DNA from: Pelomyxa schiedti
Taxonomy: Eukaryota > Protista > Evosea
Assembly: GCA_020536535.1 (NCBI GenBank)
Contig: JAHLWZ010000179.1
Span: forward strand, 1 to 64,000
Direction: 5' to 3'
DNA: 64,000 bases
Shown one piece after another: positions 45,883-58,800 of the stretch. Below the pieces are notes generated by a model. The model did not search any database and was not told where the DNA came from. It saw only the letters and a list, made by a program, of their open reading frames with translations. Position numbers and translations under genes: made by a program. How positions within the stretch are numbered: the first letter of the stretch is position 1; every line of letters starts with the position of its first letter.

Positions 45883-48344
45883 ATGAGGCGATCGACAACA
45901 ACCTCGACAACAACTTCAGCATCAACGAGAAGCACTACGACACAGACACGTGCTTCGCAAGTTAGGACGGTCCCCAGGGACTCCTCGATGGATGCCAACA
46001 GCGGAAGATCAAACAGAACACCTCGCACACAACGAGAGACGGCTGTCTCGAGCAGGGGATGCCAAAGTGCTGTGTCCGGACGTGGTCGTGGCCGTAGTGG
46101 GGGCGAGGTTTTTGTTGATATACGAGATATGAGGGGAAGAGGTAGCTGCCCGTCAAATTACCTGAGGAGTTAACGCCGACCCCTTAAGATATTCTTTCGG
46201 CTGTCAAGAGGTGTCGACAAACTGGCTCTTTTGTACTCAAGGGATTGGGCCTAAGTCAAATACCAAACGAAGTGTTGAACTATGCCAGCCTCCCTTCAGA
46301 TTCCAATGATAAATGTATACTATAGTATTGCAAGTAGAATTAATTGCCTTTGGAAGGGTGGGAGTTCGAGCCACTTCTAAAACTTGACATGAGTGAAAAC
46401 CAAATACATGAACTCCCCGCGGCGTTTAAAGGAGATTTCTTTCACCAATTAACTTTTCTATCTCTGTCCAACAATCTTTTATCTGATTTACCTGACTTGG
46501 TATGCTTGTTTTTCAGTTCCTGTCCATTTTGACTTGAATCATAGAGCTTTTTGTGTTCCATTACCTTTTTAGACATAAGGTACCTAGTGCAGCATTAGCG
46601 TGTGAATCTCAACCACAATCAGCTTTAATAACCTTTCTTCACTACCCCTGTTGGATGGTTGTCAATGTCTCACAGAAATCCGTGCAAACGACAATGACCT
46701 TGCTTTTCTTCCAGACTTTCTTCCTCCAACCGTTTGTACGTTCCACTGTCAGCGGAATGTACTTGAAGAATTGCGATTCGAATGTGCTGGATTACGTTTC
46801 TTCAATGCCTCCAATAACAAGTAGGATAAATTTGCTTTTTGTTTCATTGTAACTTGTTGCAGAATTTCTCACATATCCCGATCTTTTTTCACTGCCCAAC
46901 ATCTTGAAGAAGTTGATTTATCGCACAACGAGCTCTCTAGTTTTCCCAAGTCCGTTCCCGCTCCTTCTTTTCTTCATTAATCTTCCTCAGAGATGTTTCC
47001 ACCTTGAAGTTTTTGCAAACTTTGGATGTTTCCTTTAATAAGCTCAATGAACTTGACTGCTTTGGGCCTACAATTGTAGAACTCCATGCTGGGAATAATG
47101 TGCTGCAATCTATTGAGGGTGCATGTTTCTGTCACTCTTTGAAGGTGCGTGTCTGTGGTTCATCCATGTTTTCACATTTTATAGACATTGGACGTGCATG
47201 ACAATCTTCTTTCCACAATTCCTGACCAGTTTCAAAATTTGACTTCCCTTACAAGATTTGATGTCTCCAATAACGAACTTGTTGCCCTTCCCGCGTTCAT
47301 TGGTAGAATGCAAAATTTATCTAATATGTCATTAACTGGGAACCATCTCAAGTCTGTATGCATCACAAATAATCTCCGTCTTAGTAATTAAAGGACTCTT
47401 GCCCGACTACTGGATAAGGGAACGGTGGCCATCAAGGAATATCTATGCACTCGCATTGAAGGTCGCATGAATAATCTTTTTACTACCATCTTCCTTACAC
47501 TGTGGAAGAGCAGGAATGCGCGGAGGAAGCACCTCCGAACACGCCTATCACACCTGCCCGTCCTTCCCTTATACCTGAATCTGTACTTTATCACAACCAG
47601 CCTGTACTGTCACTTATAAGCAAAAATTTATACACTGTATGACCAAGTTTTATGAAGTGGAGTTAACGGGGAAAAACCAGGTTCCCCCAGAGGTTTTTAC
47701 TTGCACACACCTTACTAGCCTGGATTTATCCAGAAACGCGCTTACTGGGCTTCCTCAGGAACTTTGTTCTCTGAGACAACTCGATTTTCTGAACTTAGAA
47801 AGAAACAAGCTTGAAACTCTGCCATCATTTCTGTCCTGCTTCACCCGCCTAACAGTGTGAATATTTCGTTCCTTGAACATTACATGATTGATATTCATTA
47901 GGCAATAAATATCTCCCAAAATCCGCTTCACGCAATACCAGATGTGATGGGTCAGATAGGCTCTCTGAGAGAGTTATTTGCCAGCAGCGTTTCTGCCCCC
48001 AGTATCCCATTATGCCTACTCCGGTTATCACTGCTATCAGTCCTGGATGTGAGTGGAAACAAAATTTCCACAATCCCACCACAAATAACATTCCTGAGCA
48101 ACCTTAGCAGTACGCACATACTCCCCATTTCCATTCCGATCCACTCAATCATTAACGTGCAGGTCTTGACATAAGCAACAATGATATATGCAACCTCCCA
48201 CCACAACTGGGGCTTCTGTCCCTCAACACACTCAACTTTGAAGGCAACATCATCAAGTCCATACCCCGAGGTGTAATAGACAAGGGCACCCCCTCCGTTC
48301 TGGCCTACCTCAAGATGAAGCTTCCACCCACTGGTTCCTCGTAA
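45883..48344 (+). CDS. LRRC40: LRRC40-like leucine-rich repeat protein
   Basis: AVKRCRQTGSFVLKGLGLSQIPNEV; WEFEPLLKLDMSENQI; many LxxLxLxxNxL repeats; C-terminal GNIIKSIPRGVIDKGTPSVLAYLKMKLP. Confidence 0.72.
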
Positions 48345-48471
48345 ATGGATCAAAATCTTCACTTCATACAACGCTCCGCCGCAGCTAAAACCAACTTTTC
48401 CTGAGGAAAGACTGAGAAAAAGTTGGTTTTGATCACGGAGGAGGGTTGTACATCAGACAATCAATCATAAA

Positions 48472-50775
48472 ATGGACCACAATAACAGAGGTTTTGACAC
48501 CAATAACAGCCGAGACGTATCCAACAAGGACAGTAGTGGCAGAGTTGACGAGGCAGAGGAAGTGGCGATGCTGCTCAGGAACTCAGAGGGTGTGTTTGGG
48601 AGCGAGAATAACTGGAGGAGGGAGGACGTGGAGGAGTGCGCGTACAAGGGCGAAGGTGGCGGGGCCAGAGAAACCATGGACAATGTGAGGAGGGAATTGG
48701 AGTCGGAGAGGAGGGAGAGGAGGGCGTTGCAGGATGAGCTGGCAAAGACCACAAAGGAAAGTAATTGGTGATCGCCATAGTTTTGGTGACTTCATTTATT
48801 CAGGCTTCAAGGGAGTATGCTCAGGTTGTATCTGTTTTGGAATCGCGCATCAGTTGCTTGAAGGAGATGATAGACTTGCAGGAGAGCACTACGTCTACAT
48901 CACCAGGGGAACGTGGTGTTGTTCCACTTCTGACAGCTTGGCGTGAAAAAGTTTTTACTCTTCTGATGGAGAGACAAACAGAAAAATTGAACATTCAAGA
49001 ATTGAATCGCAAAACGGTTTCTGTTTTCCCTTTGCCCCTTTAGTTCTGGTTTATTTTGATTACGTAATATACAGGAAGATGAAAGACTAAATCATCAAAG
49101 GACCATATTCACTCTCGAAAAGCGAATTTCAGAACTAAAAGCTGAATCCGCCATGGTTCAACTGCAGGTATGTCTTTTACTCACAGCTTTGCGATGTCAT
49201 CTCATTTATTTCCTTTCCAAGAGAAAGCAATCTTCGGAACAGGTAGCTTCTCTGCAAGCGAAAAAAGATAATGAAATAGCATCCGTTCTTTCGTCACACC
49301 AAGTGAAAGAAGATAATCTCTACGCAATCGTCGCCAGGTTTCAATGTACATTCCTTCGAGAGCCACCTATACCGCACAGATTTTCTGAAGAAATGAACTG
49401 CAGCTGCGGGAAGTTTTCCCATGTACAAGAAAAACTCGATATTTTAGACAGCAGACTCAGAGTCTTGTCTTTGAGGACAAAGTTTCTTTCAGGTTCACCG
49501 GTTTTTTCGCGGTTGTTTTGCTTTATTTTCAACTAGACTTTATTCCCAATGTTCCAAAATCCGCGGCTGCCTCCATAGTCTTGTATCTCCCTTCTCCACT
49601 CAAGTATTGTAACAAAGTAATCTAGGGTGCCACCAGCCAAGCTGGACCCTTCGTGCAACTCTCCAGTTCTATGTACTGAGCTCGAGTCTCAGTTACAAGT
49701 CATGAGGACCCGTCTCCACAACACCGAAGCACAGCTCCAACAACAAACAACGGCAAACATGCAACTCCAATCGCAACTTGAGGCACGCCTTTCTGAGTGC
49801 AATCATCACATGGAGAACAGCAAACACTTCGAGGAACAAGCCAAAAACCTGGAGCACCAGCTCCACCAGCAACAGCAACTTCAAGAGCAACAACAACAAC
49901 TGGAAAAGAACTTGGTTTCCACAATTGAAACGCAAGTATATAAACTCTGCAATTCCCAAGAGCAAGCTCATAACACTCAATTACAAACAGTTGTTGACCA
50001 AGTGGTGCAACATATTGCCAAACACGAACACGACATGCACAGTCAACTTTTGGCTGCAATTAAGTCTCTGGAACGATCCTTTGGGGAATACAGGGCGGAT
50101 ATTAACTTACTCCGAGACACGGTTATGGATGGAAACATGGAACTAAAATCTATTGGAGGTTTTTCTCAGTCATTTATATCGTTAGGCCTTCCCAACAACA
50201 AACCACAGATCTGAAGATGTCAATAGAGAGTGTCAAACAAGATTCAGCGTCAAAATCTACACAAGATGCTCTTCAAAAAGAACTTTCGGCAGCTGGTACC
50301 AAGCACCCAGTCTCGATATACAAGTATTGTCTAACAAAACGCAGTGGCGTCCATGAGAGGAATACAAGCTCAGATCAACACATCAACAGAACAACATAAG
50401 AAAAAGGTGGAAGAAATGCTGAGGGAAATAGAGCAACAGGACGAAACCATCCAAGGGCTCAAAGCAGAAAAAACATCTCTTTTGGTTTTTCATCATCCCT
50501 GGTTAGTCATTGCATCTGACACCAAACAAACCAGGCAACGACGAGAAGATATGAACAAGCCAGATTGATTCCATCCACGAGAAAACCAACAAAGAAATCA
50601 TCACCCCCGATTGTAACAGCAACAAATCCCTGTGTCACAGCCACACCGGAATCATCTCCAGGTATGCATGCTGGAAAAACAAACACCTAACTTGCAAACA
50701 GATACAGATGTTCTGGACCAGCTGAAGGAAATGGAAGCCCTGACTGAGAACCTGTTGCACCAATATGGGGAATGA
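48472..50775 (+). CDS. CCHCR1: CCHCR1-like coiled-coil protein
   Basis: LESRISCLKEMIDLQE and LLTAWREKVFTLLM match the HCR family motif (LLxxWREKVFxLxV); long heptad regions. Confidence 0.6.
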
Positions 50776-50850
50776 ATGTAACAAATGTTGAAGGAAAGAA
50801 CTGCTGTTTGTAGAGTACTTTTGAGGGTTGGGGTGTTTGCCGGCTCTTTT

Positions 50851-53800
50851 TCAAGGATTGGACACAGGGTCCCCAGTGGTTTCTTTGAGGTTGTACTGCC
50901 AGTTGCTTTGTTTTCCATAGGCGTATATCTAGAAACAGTGTAAAGTAGAATTTGGGTTTGAGGAAAAACCTCCTCCAGTACGTGCTCTAGTTTCCCGGAT
51001 TCTGAAAGCTGCTGATAATGATTATACAGTGCCAAAGCCTTTTTTTGCGTTATTCATTGTTTTTGAGGTGATTTTATACAGTTTGTGCATCCTCAATACT
51101 GCAGTGATTCTCAGTCTGCACATCAACATGGAGTAGTATCGCAGCAAGAAATTTAAGTGAGAGGTTCCTTTAATTGCATTTGTATCTAGAGTTATGACTT
51201 TCCTTCAATTCGTACCTATGAAGCCGAAGATGAAAAAGTTCCACAGTGTCAATGATTTGCTTCTTGGGCACATGGATGTTTAGAATCCGGAAGTCTTTTG
51301 TTAAGCCATGGCCAATGAACCTGCACCCAATATCCACAAGATAACGCAGTTTTAAGTAGACAGCCTAAGCTTAATGGTTCATTTTTTGGAATGGTAGCAA
51401 TATGTTAACCTTCAGAGTAGTTAAGTTTTTCATGGAAATACTTGAATCCAAGTCACCAGGGTCTATCCCAGAGAACTTCGTGAGGTAATCAATAATTGTA
51501 TCCTTTGTTGAAACAAAATCGTCCAGGAATGGTTGTCCAGCAAAAGGTCCTTCTCCCATAACACAGCTAATCCGAGCTGGGGTGAGGTGTGTGGGAGAAA
51601 CAACAACGCGGGTGCCATCCACTTGCAGAGCCACTTTTTCCTACAATGAAAGTTAACGCATAGATGGAAAATAATCATGCAACTGTACTCAGTGCCACAA
51701 ATTCAGCATCTATAGCTACGAGCTGAGCAGGCTTTGGTATCACATTAACAAGAGGACGGGATATTGGACGAGGAGAACTATGTATGCTTAGAGATGACTC
51801 AGAGAAACTATCATACCTCAATACGGACTGTCTCATGGAATTGAAAGTTGCCTCCGATATAGGGCATACAATAGACTCTGGGGGCAGTTTGGTGTGCAGA
51901 AGCGAAGAAGAGTAGAATACTACACAGGGGTGCTAGAGATCATCAGCACTTCATATTACGTTAGATATTTTTTACCTTCCATATTGTATTGAATTCCACA
52001 ACCTGTTGTGGCCAGCAGTGTGCCACAGCCATATCATTGAACAGGAACCACTGTGAGGCCTCTACTTGTGAGTACCCATGAAGTTTTTGGTATTCCTGTG
52101 AAACTGTACTCTTCAATTTTTTTTTTTTAAGGTGCTGAGGTTTCAACCCAACCTGCCACATGAGCAACTAGATTTCCTAAGCGAGATGCAGATGGCACTT
52201 GGTCGGTAACATGACAAATTACGGCCTATGAAAGCATAAACCCAAGGTGGTGAAAAGAATGGCAATCCTACACTAAGATTGTAAATATCCTCCCCACTAT
52301 CACTTCCAGTGTACTCTGTAACTGAGATTTCAGAGCCAAGTACAATTTTAAGCCTGGAAAAATGTTAAAGCTGCTGTGTACAAAATGGAGCTTGCCGCCT
52401 CGGAAGCCATGAGCAATCTTGTGTGTGAAAGGTACCATGAGAATCTCCTCTGCCACCTGCTTAAATTTAGTGACACTAGAGGTGGGAGAGCACACTATTT
52501 GACAAAATAGTCCTCCACAATTCATCCTTTTTTTTTTGTAAGTGAAAGAAACGGAAAGAAACTGTACGTTAGCTTCCATATGTACTCCGACACACAGAAT
52601 ATTTGGTAAACCTTTCACTTCCTTCTTTTGTTCCAGAACCTGAAACTGAGAACATCTATCACACCACGCTTTGGTTTGAATCGTGCGGCAAAGACTCGAT
52701 GGGAGAAGGGAAGTAAATTTCAGCTTGGTTGGATCTGTTGTCTTCCAGAGAGTGAGGAATGGCTTTATTGATTTTTCAATGTACCCTGCCCATGTTAAGG
52801 TCAATAACGAAAAATCGAGTTGGACACGCTGAACTACTCCCACAGCTCAGACAACGGATATGTGTTACCAAACTAGTGCCAAATAGTTTGTCAATAATTG
52901 ATGGCTGAGCTTCTTCTCTTGGTAATAGGGTCAATAGTGCTTATGTGCAAAAATTAATCACACGTTGTTGTAAGCTCGTGGTTGAGTTGCTCAAGTGTAA
53001 AACGGCAAAAATTTTCCATGAGCGTTGGTAGGTCAATTTTCCTGCTGGTCGAGTTGGTTCCAGGCTGAGGTTTCAGGGGATCAAAAAGACCAAGTCGTGT
53101 TGCTAACAAAACTTTAAAGGTGCATGAAAAAAAATGGTCTATGTACCCTGCGGAAGTTGTCTCAAAGAACGGGAAAAGTTCCGGGAACTGTGACAAGTTC
53201 CTGGAGAAGGTGCATTATCAAGCATGTGAAAAAGAAAACCCAGTTCACAAGCAAGACAAAACTCCCGATGGCACAGATGATTAAGGAGGTTTGCGCGAAG
53301 TTGAGGTATAAAGTACAGTACCTGGTTCATGTCACGCAAGTTGTCACAGATGTATACTTACTTGTAAAAATGAATTGGTGTAGCTATTTGGAGTATTATT
53401 ATCCAAGCCAGCAAAGTTTGTCTGATTGCAGATTCTGTTGAGATGGTCAATATTACCCTTGAAACTGCAACAGATACGAGTAATCGAAATCATATTTATC
53501 TATAGCACTCATCCTTATTCGTGAGGATACAACAGGTCTGTACATTTTAGGTGGGCGTGTGCGTTTTGGCTGCTGAGATTTAAATGCAAGATAGAAATGT
53601 TTAAACAATACCTGCAGGGATGTCGTCTTAAACTTCCTTGCTAAACTCGGATTGGCGGCATTAAGAGCCTTGTGCTGAACCCCACATAAGCAAGAGTTAT
53701 TTCTTTTGAAGGTACCTGTAAGTGAGAGAGTTCTCCAATTTTGATGTAACCAAATCCATCCATCTTATTAATGGTAGAGGCCAATACGGGTTCCAGCTGA

Positions 53801-55428
53801 AAGACTGGTCCGTTGACTGGGAATGACATTGTAGAACCCCAGTCAGACAAAAGGGGTTGGTCTAATGGTGGATATGACTGTGATAGAGGTTCATCACTGT
53901 AAGATATGAGGGAGAGTACGGGTGGGTGAGATACCTTTCAGGAAAATAGAACTTTGCAGGTGAAATCGGTTTACAAAACTGAAGAGGTTCTGAGAAGGGA
54001 TTGACCTGAATACTTGTTACGTTTCTTCTTAAAGAAAAGTGGGAACCCGCATGGTGGGGCTACTAGACCACAAGTGGATAAATCCTGACGTATCACTGAA
54101 AGCAATAGCTTCTCCACTGCTGCTGATCGCCATGGATGTTAGCATTTCCCCATTGGTTTCCACCTGAGTAGAAGGGTCACAACTTGAAGATGTCTAGGCT
54201 GAACTGAACTTGGAAAAGAGTTTGATTGAGACCGCCACCGATTGCATCACATAACTTGAAGATTCCGTCTCGTCCAGTAATAATGATAGAAGAAGGAAAT
54301 AAAGGTTCAAATGCACATTTGATCGCTCCTTGGGACAATTAACCTTTTAACAACGAGGGAAGGGGAACCAGGGGTGAACACAAGAGGTTGTAAATGCTGT
54401 TTTGAGCGGACATCAAAAATTTTAATGTATCTATCTGTTTGGTGCCCTGTCCTGAAAAAGTCAACAAAACACCTCATAGGAGGAGCAAACGTTGTCAAAT
54501 AGCCACATGAAGATACAAGGTCAAGGCTGCTGTTAGTGTCCAAGCTGCACACTGCACCACTATGAAGTTCAATAACGTGATCGAACCTCATGATTCTGGT
54601 ATCAAGCTGGGTTAACCACTTACAACGTGAAGGGAAGTGTCAGTAATCATCACAGCAGAGAATAGGTATTCACCCCACAAGAATTCCCACAGAAAACAGA
54701 GTTTCTCCCTTTACACATTGCAGTGATGGGTGCTTCCAATGAAACCTAGGACCAATATTTTAGATCAACGGCAGCTGAAATAAGCTACTTTGGCCAAGAA
54801 CTGCCATGTTTGTATGTCCAACAATGATACTGTATTTCCAGCAGATAAGACCACTTTAGTGGAGTTGGGTAGCATCATTATGCAATAAGAAGGTGATTCA
54901 GATAACAAACTGTATTGAGTTTTTGGGGTGAAAAGAAAAAGAAAAGAACAAGAAAGGAAGTACCAAGAAGAAATAGGAAAACCCCCACGTGTGAACAGCC
55001 TCAATGAATTTTCACCAGCAGTTAAAATCCCGTTCTGAAAAAGGACAGGCTAAGGGACAGGCAAAGGGGTGAATGAACAGTACACTTGAGTCAGCCATGC
55101 AGGTAACAGGAGAACTGTGTGCCTGAAGAGAACAGTACCGATCCAGAGTAGGGCATACCAATGAAGCCACGTGCCCATTCTGGTAACCTCCCCACAGTAT
55201 CTCCTGTGTCCCATCGAAAATCAAGCTCGTGGGCTACGAAATAAGGTCACAAGTGCCAAAATGACATACAAACAAAGGAAATTAAAAGAAAAAGAACAAA
55301 AAAAAAAGGAAAAAAACACCCAGAACCAACCGTGCAATAAGACTCCACAGTTGCATTCGTGGGCTCCCACCTGTCAACAGTTGAGTCACTAATGCCCAAA
55401 CACGTACAACACATTGACAAACTCACAT
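50851..55428 (-). CDS. PAN2: PAN2 poly(A) nuclease (WD40 + pseudo-UCH + DEDD exonuclease)
   Basis: [11 protein letters not shown]; [21 protein letters not shown]; QWFLFND; [10 protein letters not shown]...[15 protein letters not shown]...FIGHGL...[11 protein letters not shown]. Confidence 0.95.
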
Positions 55429-55864
55429 GTTGACACTAGTTCCCGGTTGGTCCTCTCACCACCAGCCAACGTCCCTCGGCCCTGTGGGCCACCACTTTGG
55501 TTTGGATTTTTTTTTCTTTGGCAGTGAGGGTGTTTGGTGAACCACTCAATGGTCGGAATTAGCTAGCGAAAGAAAGTGATTAAGCAAACAAGAACAACGC
55601 CCTCCAGAGGGAGAACGCGATTTGGTGGGAGGATCGGTGCTTGATCTCCAGAGATCTCCGATTTGGTAAACGTCACTAACAGCCGGGAATCTCATTGATC
55701 AGCTCACCAGTTTCCTTTCCTGTGCCGAAAATTCTGGCATCAAACGGCAACAACGGAGCAAAAAACAGCAACGTCGGATATCGCGATTCTGTGTGAAACC
55801 CGCAACCCATAAAAAAAAACCTCGTCCAAAAACACAAGCAAAAAAAAAAAGGAGAGAAATAAAG

Positions 55865-58800
55865 ATGAGGCCTCACCGTGTTTGGCCGCTTGCCGTAGGC
55901 GCAGGGCTTTTACTCCTACATTGCTTCACGGCCTGTGCGTCTCCGTGGTGCATCAACGTTGTAGGGTACATTCCCACCAATTACACTTACCCGAGCCCCG
56001 ACCACGTCGTGGCCGTGCCCATCGTCTCGTGCGACGTCGTAAGCGCTGCGTTCGTGGACGAGGGATACCTATCGCCTAGCGCCAGCCCCCAGATGGACGC
56101 GGTGTATACTACAATGAAGTTGCAATGGTGGGTTTCGCTCAAGGCCGAGTCGAGCGTGCTAGCCCGGGGCCCCGACGGCGCTTTCTTGTACGAGGGATAC
56201 GAGCAAGGCTTCCACAGGGGGCACCTTAGTTCCGCGGAGACAGCTTACGACCACTTTGACGGGAATTATGGAAAGGAAAATGACTTGGACTACCTCAACC
56301 CCGACGACGATGAGAATTCCACGGGAGATGTACAGTGGGATGGCGGCAAGTCTTATTTGGATATCAGGCGAGGATTTGATGTATATAGTACTGATGATGG
56401 TGTTTATACTCGCGGTGCATCTTCGCCCTCGAATTCTGTTTCCGATTTCTCGTCATCGGTATCTGATTCGTTAAGTTCTTCAATATCGGAATCATCTTCC
56501 TCCGAAGTATGTTGTTATCTACCTCTCCCTGAATGCTTAGAAGTTGACTACTTAAAGGTACTGGAAGCGGCTTCGTTCAAGAAAGCCAATGGAGTACATT
56601 TCGCTGCCGTGTGGACTGCGTTCTCAGTCGCAAAATCGATTGGGTATGAGAAGACTTTCAAAGGTAACGTTTAATTTGTATCCAGCACCACTATGACAGT
56701 TTCTGGATTGGCTGGTTCGGGGCAAGCTCCAACAGAGCCAGCTGCATTCAATATAACTATGTCATGTAAGGAACCAGCAGTTGTGGCTGCCTCCGTTACT
56801 CTCGCCCTTAGTGATACGTCGGCTGTTGTAACCTTTGCACCACGGTGGATGTGTTATACCCAAGGATGTCCTTCATGGTGTTCCTTACACGGGGTATGCG
56901 ATACACCTCGCGGAACGTGTGTATGTAATCCTGGGTGGATTGGCGCGGATTGCGGAATAAAAGTAATTTCCACCTGGACTCTGTGCCCTCAAGACAGCAT
57001 CATACTTGATTTTGAGATACCGTGAGCCTTCCCACCGGCTCCATTCTCCTCCCACTAACATGTGAACCCAGGTACACGATAGCGGGAGTGATCGGTGCCG
57101 GAAACACCTTGTTTCAATCCATCATAAGTAGTACGGCCGCATATGACTACAGATACCTTATGACCTGGTCTACTAATGTTCCATCATTGCGCACCGTGGG
57201 CTATAACACCAATTACACAGGAACTCAAACTACACCCACCTTCCTACCCCCAGGCACCTATGGTATGAGATTTGGAAATGATGCAGCAGATACCATCTTA
57301 TTGACAAAACCATTGACCATAAAGAGTTGGGCGGCCTGTAACGTATCGTCTGCCTGTGGAAACGGCACAACAAATACTTGTGGGAGTGAAATTGGAAACG
57401 GCGTTTGCGTCAGCAGTGCCTGTAAATGCTCTCTAGGCCGTTTCTGGTATGATTGTTCAAGAGGATGCTCTGGCATGATCAAAATGGCTACCAAAACAGG
57501 TAGCATACAGTCAGACTACCCAGAAAGCGGCAACGTTGCTGATATGCGGGATGCGTGTGCTCTGTCAACTTGCAGTTGGCTCATCTCTCCACCCAACAGC
57601 TACGATGAGGTTATGCTAAACTTCACCTTTGTTGAGATGGATTTTATTGGAATTCTCAATGTGTACAAATCTGATGAAAATGCCACCAAAATCGATCTCG
57701 CAGCGTCAATTAATAACAATGCACCAGCGCCATTTGGAGTTCAATCACGGCATGTTCTTGTAGTGTACGAGAAGTTGGCTACAATGAGTGCACACGGCTT
57801 TGCTCTTTCATACTACACTCATAATAAACCACTTTCTTCAATTGCTATTGGGTTCACTGTCTTCTGCAGCATTTTGGGAGGATTGATTCTCACTACAGCT
57901 GGAGGTTTAGTCTTATATTTAATTATCACGAGACAAAAAAGAAAGAAATTACAAGCCCTAAACGAGCCAGCTATTGAAGAAGATATGAAATCACCCGAAG
58001 AGATTTCAAAAGAGAGAGAGCATTTCGAAGCTCAAAATGAAAGCTTCGTGGCTGCGGGATTTCAAGTTGACAAACAGAGACTGATGTTCAGCTTGACGGA
58101 TACAGACCCTTTCCCGATTCAGGAAACACGTGAGGATGTCTTGTGCATCTCAAACAACACCGGAAGGAATGCAAGCTACTGTATTTTTGTGCCGAAGAAA
58201 GATGTACTTATGAAGTTTGATGTAAAGCCTGGCAAAGGGAAACTTTCTGCCGGCACCACTTTGGCTGTTGGGGTTAAATTCGAACTGAGGTACACTACCC
58301 ATTACGATTACCCCATCAGGCTCGAAGTTACATCTTCCAATGGCACTGTTCAATCAATGTATATAACCGTGAAATTCGAGGGTGCTCACTCAATCTGGAT
58401 TGATCCAGAAGATGTACTTTTGGATCAAGAAGTTCTTGCCACAGGATCGTTTGGGTAACAACATTCACAGTGTAATTTCGTTTCACCGTGTTTAGTTCGG
58501 TTCACCGTGGAGCCTACAAGGCCCAAATGCTGGCAATAAAAGTACTTAAAGATCAGGAAGGACTGACTGATGGAGACGTAGCCGATTTTGAGACCGAATG
58601 CCGGCTCCTGAATCAAGTTCATCACCCCAAAATTGCTCAATTCATTGGAGCCTCCCACGTTCCAGGAAAGTATTACATCACCCCAAGTCTTTATTAAATT
58701 GATATACAGGCAAGCTCTGTATATGCACTGAACTGGTGCAAGGTGGCAACTTAGCGGCATACCTCAAATCTCGTGCCGAGATTCCCTTTGTATTAGTCCT

